A stretch of DNA of 60,210 nt, counting the filler, from Sluysia triapertura (taxonomy: Eukaryota): the NCBI GenBank assembly GCA_046118255.1. It is 5 parts of 5 records of this genome, joined end to end, with 100 filler letters (N's around TTAATTAATTAA, not from the genome) between each part and the next. Parts side by side here need not be neighbours in the genome. Positions count along the whole stretch, not along the records: positions 24,707 to 36,758 come from JBJNIA010143943.1; positions 36,859 to 47,675 come from JBJNIA010193095.1; 3 more parts are not named here. One strand, given 5' to 3'. The stretch's first letter is position 1; each line of letters starts with the position of its first letter. Below the pieces are notes generated by a model, which made no database searches, was not told the DNA's origin, and saw only the letters and a list, made by a program, of their open reading frames with translations. The translations under genes were made by a program, and so were the position numbers. This document shows positions 24,810 to 38,394 of the stretch, one piece after another.

Positions 24810-26420
24810 AAAAGAAAACCAGAGGTGACGCAACATTAATTATTATTCACGATTATTCACTAATAATAATCAAATATAAATTTCCAGAAACAACACAAAA
24901 CAAAAACTATTTTAATAAAATCCCCCAAAATAACATTTTTAATTATAAAATAAGTTCTTATTTTGCACTATTAATAGTTGTTTTTACTGTTGTGTTGTGA
25001 GGTAAAATTTTTTGGTATTCCTTTTTATATTTTCCAATCATTCCCAAATTTTGATTAAACATCCTCTCAAACAAACCACTGCAACATTTTTGAGAGTTAA
25101 TCCGACAATAATAAGTTTGACAGTTACATGGTACAGACTATCCAACTTTATTAGATACAAACACAAAAAATGATTTACGATTATTTATTATTTTTCTTTA
25201 CTCTACTCAATCTATTTTTACTTAAATTACTTCTCCCATTAAAATAAAAATCAACAATATTTTTAACTTACATAAAAATGATGAATTTAATTTCAGTTTT
25301 TAGAATTTAATTTATTTCTAAATTAATTAATGAAAAATGTTTTAATCTCTTATTCTCAAACAAACCATTCTACAAACATTTCAAACTCACTTCTAGATTC
25401 GCCTCTTCCATATTAATCATCTCAAATTCCTCTCATTACATTTTCATCACTCTAAGTGTAAAAAATTCAACATTCCATAAATAAAAATTAATTAAATTTT
25501 GACTTTCCTCAATATTAAAGCTTTCTTTGCATGAACTCGGTCACACTATACCTTCATCGAAATGCCTTTTCAAAACAAATACATACACAGTTTCAAATTT
25601 CGAATTCAAAGTTATTCACAAAAACGCACTTTTTTTAATTAAATTAATTAAGATTTTTAATTAATTAATCTATTTTTAGACTTAATCCTATTTTATGTTT
25701 AAATGACCTAAAGTTATTTAGTAGTTCATAAGGCATGCAGGAGGCTCTAGATGTTTTCACTTTCACCTCTCTGATTCCTTTTTCTACTTCTTTATGTTAA
25801 TTATTACCATAGATTTATCTTTAATACCAGTAACAATGATTTTATTTCTCAAATATTTTAAAAATTTAAACACTTTATAGGATTACTAAAGGATCTCAAA
25901 TGCGTATCGATAAAGGTAAATAAGGGCTTAAATGATCTAAATTTAAACAAGTTCAAAAGTACCTTAATGATTCGAAAGGTTTTCTAAGTCTATCTCAAGC
26001 TTCCTTAACGTCTCAAACTCTTTTATAGGTCTTTGGAACTCCAAGGCATTCTTTAGCTTTTATAGTTGTTTCCACTTTCATGATTCTTATTCCAACAATG
26101 CTCATTATGTTCAATCCATCATCTTGTATCAGCTTTTCCTTCAATATTTAGATCTACATGTTCCACACTTATCTCATGATTCACAGTTTGGCAATCCCAA
26201 CAGTATTAATAAATTGTTATTTTAACCAAACTGATGCTAGTTTATATACTAGAATATTCTAGAATTTTCGATTTCTTTTTTAGAAAATGTTATTTTCGTT
26301 TTTCGAAAATAAGTTCTCTTTTCCCGAAATTTATTTTCCTTTTTAGAAAATAATTTTCATTTGTCAAAAGTAACGATTTTAGATAATTTATTTAGATTGT
26401 GATGACAACCTAACATATGG
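24810..26420 (-). mobile_element. Unclassified non-coding dispersed repeat, copy A
   Basis: Reverse complement matches 34710-36700 closely (e.g. AAAGAAGTAGAAAAAGGAATCAGAGAGGTGAA(A/G)GTGAAAACATCTAGAGCCTCCTG) and 26720-28050 more loosely. Confidence 0.85.
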
Positions 26421-26719
26421 CATATTTTCAAAACCTCATTTTAAATAGAGATATAAAATCCAGAAAACAATAAAATTCGTATTAAAATCATTTATTTATT
26501 AAATTCCTTATTTGAACTCTTATTTTTAAAATAGAGGTTTAAAATCAGTTATAAAAGTAAATCAAGTTGAATAGAAAAAGTTTAACAATTATTCGTACAA
26601 CACATTCACATACATAATTAGACATAGACCTCAAATCTCTTGATAAATTTAACTTTATAAAGTTCTGCGAACAAGCCATTTTGTAAACCTTGAATTACAG
26701 CGAAATCATTACTTAAGTT

Positions 26720-28050
26720 TTTCATATATGATAGCCAAACTGTGGAATAAACTGTAAACGTGAAAAATGCAGAAAGAATTAATACGAAATTGTAGTCAGA
26801 TAAAAACATATGCAGGCACTTTGAAAATTGAATACTTTGAAGTTGATATATTTGACGCTGCTTGAAATTGCTTTGAAAACGTTCTGAAAGATTAAGGTCT
26901 TGTTAACATTTAAGAATCTCTGAAACCATCATAAGCGTTTGAGACCTTGTAAAATTTTTATAATATTTAAGAGAAAAAATCTATGTTACTTTTATTAAAG
27001 ATAAACGTGACATATTAATAATTAATATAAAGAAGTAGAAAAAAGAATTAGAATGGTGAAGATGAAAGTATTTAAAACTCTAAATAACTTTAGAACATTA
27101 GTAAAATCTTTAAGAACAAAATAAGATTAAGTCTAAGAATAGATTATTTAATTAAAATTTTAAATAATTTAATTAAGAAAAAGTACATTTGTACGAATAA
27201 AGTTTGAATGAGGAATGCTATGTCAAAGTTGTAACTGTGTATGTGTTTGTTTAAAAAAAGTTTGTCGATATGATTTGGCCGAAGAAAGTCACATTTTAAT
27301 TAATTCTCAATTTTGGAATGTTGCATTTTGTCATATTTTGAATGATGAAAAGAACATAAATTGGATAATTGATATGAAAGAGGAGAATCTAGAAATGAAA
27401 TATGAAATGTTTATGTAATGGTCTGTTTGAGAATGCGAACCTTCAACATTTTCTCATATGATAATTTCGTGTGGAAAACTAAAAATTAATTGAATTATAA
27501 AAACTAAAGTTAAATTCACCATTTTTATGTTTGCCGACAATACTAATGATTGATAATTTAATGTGAGAAATAATTTAAATAAACACAGATAAAATAAAGT
27601 TGAAAATAATAATTGTTTTTCATTGATTAAATTTTTTATATTCCGTACCGTGTAATTGTCAAAGCTAGCTGTTAATCCTCAAAGAAAGTTCAAATGATTT
27701 GTGTAAGAGAATGTTTGATCGTAAAACTCAAGATTGATTGGATAATGAGAAGGCATAAGAGGGGATAGTTCTAAATTTTCAACATAAGTATAAAAAAACA
27801 GCAATAATTAGTGATGCCAAATAATATTTTTGTTATTATAAGGAGAATCACCCACATGATTTCACATTAATAATTTACTTATTGTTGGAGAATTTCCCCT
27901 TTGATTTTGTATAATAAATTCCGATAGTTTTTGAGAAAATCTTCGTTTAATTTTTATTTTAGATAATTATTGAATAAAATTATGAAGAATTCCTTTTTGA
28001 TATGAGATTTATTTTGTAATTTCTTTGGTTGCGTCACCTTTGATTTATTG
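26720..28050 (+). mobile_element. Unclassified non-coding dispersed repeat, copy B (inverted relative to copy A)
   Basis: Shares GCCAAACTGT, AAAGAAGTAGAAAAA(A/G)GAAT, GATTAAGTCTAA and GAATCTAGAA with the other copies. GTTGCGTCACCT at ~28028 is the reverse complement of AGGTGACGCAAC at ~24823. Confidence 0.8.
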
Positions 28051-28696
28051 AATACTTTATTGTGATTATTATATGAAAATTGGTTGTTAATTATTTAATA
28101 GTGATTTATATTAATAACAATTGTTTTGAATATTATATTATTTGAGTATAATTGATAGTTGTGAGATTAGTTGAATACATTTCTAATTATTTAACTATAA
28201 TACTTGCATTATACCGAATATATATGAGTTTTGATTTTTTGATTTATTTAGTTTTGAATTTAAAGTTAATATAAAAATAAATTAAATTAAATCGAAGTAT
28301 TTTAAAAGGCGCAATAATAAAATTCTAAGTGCATACTGAAAAACTTTCTGCCTCAATAATCTAGTGAGGTTATACTACCACGAAAAATGAAGTCCAAATC
28401 AAAATTCAATTGCTTGTGGAAATTTATTGCTGCATATCGGCGGCTATATATAGTAGAATGATAATACGTCATAATCTTATTAATTTTGATAGAGTGAAAA
28501 ACTAGAATTAATATTACTATTATTAGTACTTTTAATATATTATTATTATACCATACTTATTAATATATTTTTTTAATTATTAAAATTATTAATTTTATTA
28601 TACTTCAAATATTATCATTACAATTATTATTATCATCACTATCATTGCAATATATGGAGTGCGTCCTAAGAAAGCTTTAAATAATAATAAAAAACC

Positions 28697-28780
<84 letters not shown>
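28697..28780. repeat. (TAA)n microsatellite
   Basis: Direct read. Confidence 0.95.
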
Positions 28781-28783
<3 letters not shown>

Positions 28784-31700
28784 TTGTAACATTCATCTAA
28801 GCACAAAAATTTTATATAACAAGTAACATTCAAGTAGTTAACAAATTTTTACTCATTCTTAATTTAGAATAACGAAAAATTTTACCTGAGAAAAGTCAAC
28901 ATTATAGAATCCTGTTTAAAACCGAGTTTCCATAAATTTGAATAGTCAGATTCGAATATAAAAAAGATTATAGATTGAAATATAAATTGGATATATATTA
29001 TTTGTTGCAATTTATTTTTCGTAAACATAGGACGTGATTAATCATTTAAAAAGATCTAAAAAATATTGGTCATGTTACAATCATTAACTGATTTTATTAA
29101 ATCAATTTTATTCGCTATTTTATTTTTCTTTTAAATCTTACTCAAAATACTATGGTTTAGACAACTTAAGATATTGCCACGAAAATAGTTTTTATGTAGT
29201 AAATTCGTTTTTATTCATTCAATTCGTCGTTATCAATTTTTGTTGTTAGTATTCATTGTAATAAAAATATATCTTCATAGAAATTGGTATATCAATCACT
29301 TAACGTTATTTTAAAAATTTTTTAATGAATTTTTCATGTTTATTTGTATATTATTTTGAGAAAAACGAAATAAGCTTTAATAAGAGAAGATTTTAATATA
29401 ATAATAAATACATGTAATATGAGTGGAAAATTTAGAAATTAAGTGTAAAATTTTAAACTCGTAAATGTGGAAATAATATATTTAAAATGAATGAATCAAG
29501 AATATTTATAAATTAATTGGTAAGCAAAATGAAAATTATTTAGATAATGTTAAAATTATATCAAATGACTTTAAAGTTTTTTATCTAAAATTGAAAAAAA
29601 TTCAAAATAATATTAAGAAATCAAATGTTAGAAGAACATGGACAATTAATGAGGGTTGTGCTGGAAATGAAAAACAAGTTCTATATTGACAGTGCTAACC
29701 AAATTTATCAAAAAATTATTGAATTTTGATAAGTTATTTGACTTTTATTGAAAACTGTTAATAATTCATTACGTAATATAAAATATCCGTCAAGTGAAAA
29801 CACATCAACTAAGATATGGTGATCTGTTACTTTTATATAATGAAGGACCTGCATCAAATATAAAATTCTTATTGAAATTGGTTGAAAAGTAGCTTCACAA
29901 TAAATGTCGAACTTTGCGACAAAAATAAACTTCTAACAACATATAGTCTTCCTACAGAGTTTATTGTTTAACAGAAACAATTATCTTAATAATGTCAAGA
30001 TGTAATAATAATAATAATAATGTCAATAAAACAAAATAATAATATTAATAAAATATTGATGATAATAATATAAAAATAATAACAGTAATAATATTAAAAT
30101 AATAATAATCTTGCGTTTCTAGTTTAAATTAATAACCATAACTCAATAACAAAATTAAATTAGTCTGAAATGTAGATATGTTTTTAATAATCACAAAATC
30201 AATTACAAATTATTACAATAAATTATTCTTTACCAGTGATACAAATCAATTAATAAAATATAACATAAATATAACAAAATGAATATAATATAACCTGTAA
30301 TCATACGAAAGAATCACTTATATAATTTGATCAATTAATAAAGATTTTATCGCAACGTTTATCACGAGAACGTTGAAACAGCTTTTTTGTGGCAAGCAAA
30401 GTTTATTTAATATACTATGCTACTTAAGAGTGAGTTTTTATCAAAAAGCAATCGCTTGTATAGCAGTTAAATAATTGGTGGGGAGACTAAGAATTGAAAA
30501 TTTGACATTATTACTTTGTAAAATTACTTATTCTTTTGAGTAGGTTATAAGCCGACCAATTTTAATAATCAAATTTCCAATTTACTATCTCCCAGCAAGT
30601 ACTTGAGGTAATGAGATCTAATCCTACTATCAAAATAGTATAGTAAAATCAAAATTTAGTGCGATTATCATAGTAAAGTTTACTGTTTCAATACTCTATA
30701 TAACTTAAATTAGACATAAAATCAATTAAATTCAAAACTTATTTTTCATAATTTTTAATACACTACATCATACGTCAACCGCATCTTAATGAGTATTGAT
30801 TTGTTATGCTTGAACATTACAAAATATATAAATTGAACTTTACATTATAGAAAATTAATTAAAATAAATAATTTTAAAGTTATCTTCGCAACATTTGAAT
30901 ATTAAAAGCACTTAAGAATTTCATAATTATACTTCAGTTCATATGTTGCCATAAACAAACATGTTCCACAAAATTATAAAGTCGAAACAATTTCTAATTA
31001 AGTTAATTCACAAATTTTCATTTATATTTATAAAGGCAAAACCTTGTAATTTATTTAATTTTAATTTAAGCATTTTACAAACACATCTAATTTACAAATA
31101 CATCACAGTATTATATTTTATTATTTAATTCTTACTTCTTATATATAAGTTATAACATTATTGTCCTGCTTCATCTTTCACTAAAAATAATAATTATAAT
31201 AATAATGATAATAAAGTTTAGAAGTACTAAAAGTATTTCAATAAAACATCTTACTAAATCTACCTTAAAGCTTATCGAAAACTAAAAATGAAAATGCGTT
31301 TATTGATAAATATGGAAGGCTTAAACTGCTTAAAACTTTAAATAACTCCGTAGAGGAACTGATCAACACATTACAAATGTGGTGGCCAACCTATAACTGC
31401 GACAAAGTTTGTTATAACATCACACAAAACCATATTCACTTTCAAAATCTACAAAGTACATTTTAAAAACTCTTTAAAAACATTTTTTTCATGTCAGCAT
31501 AATCAAATCATATTTTTCAATATCGCACAATTACCTTTTTAGAATGTACCAAAACCTAGGCTACAATTTATCTTCTTCACATCCACTAAACCACTCTCTT
31601 TTCAATGCATTTTTAAGTCACAATCTTCTAACAACCAAACATTACTTTCATTCAAAACATCAATGTATATTAAAAAATTCACATAAAACATTTATATATT

Positions 31701-32011
31701 ATCTCAAAACACTTAAGTCATAAGTTTTCAACACCCAAACTTCTCTTCAGTTAAAACCATTAAAGAGCATTTAAAATTTTATTTAAAACACTTACGCATT
31801 ATCTTATAATATTAGAATCACAACTACACCATAAAATTTTATTGCAAATGCGTGACATTAATTGGTAACATCATAAGTTCACAATATCCTAACATTTAAC
31901 ATCTTCGACATTTAAAGACATTAAGTTCAAAAGATTTAAATATGTTAAGAAATAAAGAATTAAGAGACAGTTTATGTTAACATTTAAATGATTTATGTGT
32001 TTTTTATTATT

Positions 32012-32057
<46 letters not shown>

Positions 32058-32070
32058 GTAATAATAATAA
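32012..32070. repeat. (TAA)n microsatellite
   Basis: Direct read. Confidence 0.95.
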
Positions 32071-32579
32071 CACTATCAATGGTGACACTGTTGGTTTCCA
32101 TGTATAAATTGTTGTCATCATTGATAATGGTTGGCCTCTCAATGTGAAAAATAATTAGTGCTATTATTGGTTGTCCAGCCAGAGTAGCTCTGTTCATTAT
32201 TTTCATTACTCTAGTTGAACAGTCAATAAAAATTCAGTACTAAATATAGTATTAATTTTATATTGTAAAAATTATTAATGTGACATTTAAAAATCATTTA
32301 TAATACATTCATCCGTTATATTAACTTTTGAAATATGTTCTCTGCTCATGATACTGATACATTAAATAGAATATCAAATCCTTTAAATCCTAATGATGTT
32401 GAAATAAATTCAAATTGCTAAAGAACATTGAAGCTGTAAAGTTGTCAGAAGTCGAAAATTAAATGATGGATTAGAGTTATTGACTAAATTAATTACAAGA
32501 GTTTAATTATGCTTCTGCGTGTAACAAGAGAGCTCAGATATGCCAACTAATTGGAAAATATAAAGATAATCAATTGGTA

Positions 32580-33308
32580 ATTAAGAATAAAGAAAATTTT
32601 GGAATAACTATTCTATGACGTTATGCTACAACTGATGTCGATAAAGCATAAGTCCTTTTTACAAAAGATTGGAAAATAAATTCCGAAAGACGTGATTTAA
32701 CTATCAACTATTCAATTTCAGATCAAGATGATTTTACATATTATTACTTGGGCGGCTTTAAAAATTTAGAGAATAATAGTATGCTTTTTGTTGGAATTAG
32801 CGATGATCGAATTCAAGAAGATTATTTAAGAATTTTACGATATTTTAGATTTTTTAGAAGAATTTTGGAACAATGTGATTCCCACGTTGAAGGCATCTTA
32901 TCTGATATTAAACAAAAAGTAAATGGCGTAAAAGACATTAGTGATGAACGTAGTTTGACAGAAGTAAGTAAAGTTATTAATGATAATCATGAATGTGATA
33001 TATTTAAACGAAAGTTTGAAATAAATTTAAGTCTTTGTATTTGTTTAGTAAATAATATTAATGATAAATTTATTTTGGCAGAAATAAGTAAAGTTATTAA
33101 TGATAAACATGAATGTGATATATTTGAGCGAATGTTTGAAGCAAATTTAGGTCTTTGTATTTGTTTTGCAAGAAATAACTTTGAAACTAAGAAAAAACGA
33201 TTTTGTGAGTTTTACTTATACTTGCAGAAAAATGATGCTCTAAGAGCTACACTTTTAAAACTAATTATTTATAATGAAAAGAGTTTAAAATTAGTTACAA
33301 ACGTTTAA
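32580..33308 (+). pseudogene. TRNT1: CCA-adding enzyme (tRNA nucleotidyltransferase) pseudogene
   Basis: Single frame [37 protein letters not shown]...YLGGFKNLENNSMLFVGISDDRIQEDYLRILRYFRF, versus TRNT1 ENFEITTLRID...[21 protein letters not shown]...RIQEDYLRILRYFRF. In-frame TGA (32616) and TAA (32649); the N-terminal DxD region is not recognisable. Confidence 0.9.
32937..33176 (+). repeat. In-frame 120-bp tandem duplication inside the TRNT1 pseudogene
   Basis: ISDERSLTEVSKVINDNHECDIFKRKFEINLSLCICL / INDKFILAEISKVINDKHECDIFERMFEANLGLCICF, period exactly 120 nt. Confidence 0.9.
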
Positions 33309-33440
33309 AGTTCAGTAATAACAACTTATGTATTATGCGTTATTTGTTTAATAAAAATAATATGAATATGAAATTAAAATTTCTACAAGTTGAGTTCAAA
33401 AAGTTAAAAAGTAAAAAAAAGAATTCAGCATAGTCAATAA

Positions 33441-33695
33441 CAAATGTGTCGACTCGAACCATTGAAATTATTATGAGCACCAGAGATTAAACAAAAATAT
33501 TCTCTAAGAGAGCATAGCGTCCAATTTAATGCTAACATGATGCCATTAATCCGATCAGACTTAGACGATAAAACGCGACTCGTGAAGTCCGGCTTATTCT
33601 TATATGCAACTACTCGAAACGGAGAATGTGTAATGTATGGTAACAACTGTCGGTATGTACACAATGCAACCGAATTCTCAGATGACATCTCTTGA
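33441..33695 (+). pseudogene. Decayed CCCH-type zinc-finger fragment
   Basis: Frame QMCRLEPLKLL*APEI...KTRLVKSGLFLYATTRNGECVMYGNNCRYVHNATEF: GxC..YG..C.Y.H finger with the first Cys replaced by Phe and an upstream TGA. Confidence 0.55.
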
Positions 33696-34709
33696 ACTTT
33701 GAACTTAGTGGATCATATCAATACAATAAAGCAATTGATATCATCATTTAACACAAGGCCATTCAATAGTAACAATCATCATGTCTTAAAAGTAATTGTT
33801 AATTTTAACTAGATTATTAACTTTATTAGCAACATTAAAAACTATTTACATTATTTTATTTTCTTTAGAATCTTCTACGAAGTGAATCGAAAACAAGCTC
33901 GGGATGACACAATCAAAATAAGAACATTAAAACTAAATGTTTATCTTTTAATTAATCCTAAAAAAACTCATGTATATATTTTCGTGTTTTATAATGTTAC
34001 CAAATTTATAATAAATAATAATAAAAAGTTAAAGAATTATTGTTATTACAATTTATAAAATTTCATCCTCTTAATAATATGTTAAAATTCAAATTTTTGA
34101 ATAATAACAATCATTCCAAATCATAACAACAAATTTTAAACATTAATAAATTAATGATCAAAATAGGCTTAAGGCCCTTAGACAAAAACTAAATTTTAAA
34201 ACACATGTAATAATGAAATGTTACAAAATTTTATTTTTTAACCATAAATAAAATATAAAATTACTGTTGAAAATGTAATAAGTGCCAAAAATCTTGTTTA
34301 GAAGTAGTTTTCGTTTCGTTTTGAGACGAAGGAGATCTTTTAGATATTCGAATTAGTTTTTTTGAATAAATTTACATTCGTGATATCTGCATTGCAAATA
34401 TTCTTGTTATATTTATATTCATCTAAATCTCTATCAAACATCAAAACTTGATCTGAAATAGCGCTATGATTACTTATGGCTATTTGATAAATATTAGAAT
34501 CATCTGGTGAATCAACTTGAAGTTAACTTGTTTCAGAATTACGTATCTTTCATTTATTAAATTTTATCATAGGTGTATATTGATTAATTTTTAATTTTAA
34601 TTTTATAATTACAGATATCGAAGCAACAGTGGTCGTAGTGATAGTAATAATTTAGTAGTAGTACTAGTAGTAGTAATAGTAATAGTAGTAGTAATAGCGA
34701 TAATAGTAA

Positions 34710-36700
34710 TGGTAGTGTTTGGATTGCTCAACTGTAGATCAGAAAATGAGTGAGAAATATGTAGAACTATTAAATGAAGGAAAAAATGATAAAAAGTAAT
34801 GAATTGAACATGGTAAACATTGCTGGAATAAGAATCATGAATGTAAAACATCGATAATAATGTTAAAAGCTAAAGAATACCTTGGAGTTCCAAAGGGTTT
34901 TAGACCTTGCAGAAGCTGGAGAAGGACTTGAATAACTTTTATAAGCATTAGGATACCTTTGAACTTTAGAACTCTTAGATCATTTAAGACCTTAGTAACC
35001 TGTAAGTATCTTGGAACATTGATGAGCTTTTGAGATCCTTTAGTAATCTTATAAAGTGTTTAAAATCTTTAAAATAGTCGAGAAATAAAATCATTGGTAT
35101 TGGTATTAAAGATAAATCTACTATGGTAATAATTAGCATAAAGAAGTAGAAAAAGGAATCAGAGAGGTGAAGGTGAAAACATCTAGAGCCTCCTGAATGT
35201 CTTATGAACTACTAAATAACTTTAGGACATCAATAAAACCTTTAAACATAAAATATGATTAAGTCTAAAAATAGAATTAATTAATTAAATATTAATTAAC
35301 TTAATTAAGCAAAAGTACTTTTTGTGAATAACTTTTGAATGCGGAATGCTATGTTAAATTTGAAAATGTGTATGTATTTGTTTTGAAAAGACCTTTCGAT
35401 GAAGGTATTGTTTCACCGAGTTCATGCAAGGAAGCCTTAATATTGAGCAAAGTCAAAATTTAATTAATTTTTATTTATAGAATGTTGAATTTTTTATACT
35501 TAAAATGACGTAAATATAATGAATTGAAAATTAGAGAGGCGAATCTAGAAGTGAGTTTGAAATGTTTGTAAAATATCGTGTTTCAGAATAAGAACCTTGA
35601 ACATTTTTCATTAGAAAATTGGTGTAAAAAATCGAAAATCAATCGAATTCTAAAACGTGAAATTAAATTCATTATTTTTATGTTTGTTAACAATATTGAT
35701 GATTGATATTTTTAATGTGAGAAGAAAATTTAAGTAAAAATAGATCAAATAGAGTTGAAGAAAATAATAGTTGATCATTAATCAAATTTTTATGTTTTGT
35801 ACCTAATAAAGTTTGGCAGAACGTACCAGTAATTTTCAAAGTTGTTACTGCCGGTCTAATTCTCAAAGAGGTTTTGATAATTTGTGTGAGAGTGTTTGAT
35901 TGTGAAACTCAGGATTGTTTGGATGATGAGAAAGTATAAATGAAAAACTTTAAAATGTTACAACACAATTATACAGTGATCTAAGAAATTATTTTTAACT
36001 CCTTCCCTGTTTATTTATTTTTCAAGTATATGGTCGAAAACTGGCTATTTTATTAGTGAAAATGGTTTGTTTTAGTTTAAATTATAAAAAAACTATACAA
36101 ATAGGGTAATAAAACATATGTAATATTAAATAATAACAAAAGTAGTGTATAGAGATATTTCCGACATCGTTTTATAAATATTATGAAGATTACACTTATT
36201 TTTTCGTTTGATTGTTTTGTCCGTATATACGGGATTTTATGCTGTAGTCAGTTTTAGTTACCTCGTAAATATGCTGAATAAACAAGGAAGGGGTTAAAAG
36301 GAAAATCTTTGATTATGGTAACTTTTTTATTATTTTTATTATTATATTAATAATTATTTAAAATAATTTTTGGGGGAAATTTTAGCTAATTTTTGCTGAA
36401 ATAATAATTCTTAAGCTATTGATTTTTCGTGGAAAGCTGCCTGTCCGAATCATTTTGCAATATTTTAAGTTATATATTAAATTATTATCTTAATTTTAAT
36501 TTTTAAGCTACTGATAAATTTGATTTTTTTGGAAGATCCCTGCCCAAATTATTTTATAGTATTTAATCGTTATTAAGTTAGAATAAAATTATCCGAAAAT
36601 ATTTAAGTATTATTACTATTTTCAACTTTATAGATATTGATAAGTTGATTTTTGTTTCATCACCCCTGGTTTCTTTGGATAGATTATTGTAGTCTTAATA
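34710..36700 (+). mobile_element. Unclassified non-coding dispersed repeat, copy C (interrupted by a piggyBac MITE)
   Basis: High similarity to the reverse complement of 24950-26220. The distal motif CATCACCCCTGGTTTCTTT (~36660) matches AAAGAAAACCAGAGGTGACG (~24810). Confidence 0.85.
35999..36293. mobile_element. piggyBac-type MITE (295 bp)
   Basis: TTAA at 35995-35998 and 36294-36297 flank 17-bp TIRs CTCCTTCCCTGTTTATT / AATAAACAAGGAAGGGG (15/17 match). Confidence 0.85.
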
Positions 36701-36758
36701 TTTTCATAAATATTATTGTTAATTTTGAAATTTAGTCATTTTCATTTAGTTTACTTGT

Positions 36759-36858
36759 NNNNNNNNNNNNNNNNNNNNNNNNNNNNNNNNNNNNNNNNNN
36801 NNTTAATTAATTAANNNNNNNNNNNNNNNNNNNNNNNNNNNNNNNNNNNNNNNNNNNN
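36759..36858. other. Assembly gap with artificial TTAATTAATTAA linker
   Basis: N44-linker-N44. Confidence 0.97.
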
Positions 36859-36861
36859 TAT

Positions 36862-36893
<32 letters not shown>

Positions 36894-38394
36894 TATATAT
36901 ATATATATATGAGAATTTTTTCAAAGCAAGAATAAAAGATAATGAATATGCTGATTTCACCAACGTACTAGATTTACCGCTTATGGCTAGCCGTTGAATT
37001 TTAGAAGCAAATTAATGTAGGACGTCAAAATTCAAATTGTAATCAAATCTTTAAAAGTTTATGATACTTTCCTTGTAAAATTTTCTTAAATTATAATTTT
37101 ATTGCTTAAAATTTTACGAATAATCCTGTTAAAGGATTAGGATTGACTAGATTTGCGATTCCGATAAATGTCGGATGAATATAACATAGGTATTGATTTA
37201 ATTTACAATTCTTAGTAAAATTAATTAAATTAATTAATACTCAGTTATGAAGGTATATTAGATATTACAATATATAATAAACAAAGTTACAATACAAGAT
37301 ATAAAATAATATAACAATTTACAATATTAACCTAAATGAGTTAATACTCAAAAAATGATTTTAATTATCATTAATTAAATAAATATGATACTTATTTTTA
37401 ATGGACATTTCTATATATATTAGTACAAATCTTAGTAAAATAAACTAAAGACAGATTCAAACTTTGATGAATTATCTGAGGATCGGCTTCACAAAAATTA
37501 TACCAAATTAGAAGGTATAATGTTATATTGTGTAAATATATAGAAATTGTTGTGGTGAATATATTAACATTCAATTGCTATTTATATAAATTTGTAGAGC
37601 TGACCTTAACTTAATTTTAACAAATCAATTTAAACAAAATTAAAAAATTAATAAAAATAAGTTACTCACATTTTAAATTTCATTTGATATTTTCAAAAAT
37701 TATTGATTTTATTAAAATTCCAAATTTAATCAAAATTAATAAATTCCAAATAATAATTTATATGAATAATCAAAAATTAATATTTCAATAATTGTAAAAT
37801 CATATTCTATAAATGAATAGTGTGCATAAATATACAAATATGTACATAAAATCATAATATGCGTTATATTATCAGCCCAACAAAATCCACGAAATGTTTC
37901 GAAAATTATTTTCCTTTTTTGGAAATTAACAATTTTAAATGATTTTTATTATGGACACCATTATTGTATCAATTATTCTAATTGTTCTTTAATGGATTTT
38001 TATAAAAGTATTATCGAATCAGACATTAATAAAATAGAAATTTTAAAATAAATTAAAAACACAATCAAAAATAATTTCTTTCATCATCTGAATATTTTGC
38101 TTTTTATATGAAAACCTTCTTTGAAAATTTTATTTTTGAGCCATTAGAAATTATTGTGTTACAATAAGATAAGAAATTATTACAAAGTAAGATAAGGTAA
38201 CCATTTTTATTATACACAGTTATGTATTCAATAATATGCAAGTCTTAATAATTCAATTTTCAATATTTCAACAACTACACATTAGTTATTTAAATTTTTT
38301 AGGACAATAATAATCATAAATTTTAAAACTATTATTAAATATAAGTTATACATTAGTTAAATTAATTTTATGATAATAATATTGGAATACTTAC

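Noticed and set aside
28598-28792. ORFs with poly-I/poly-Y tracts (also 3582-3824, 31889-32206, 34609-34851, the tail of 52618-53046)
   Set aside because: They are translations of (TAA)n/(TAG)n microsatellites or intron read-through, not proteins.
30344-30376. Small hairpins (CAACGTT...AACGTTG here; ATCGTATACGAT at ~44916; AGCATG...CATGCT at ~20285)
   Set aside because: They are isolated short stems with no repeat copies, tRNA fold or terminal context.
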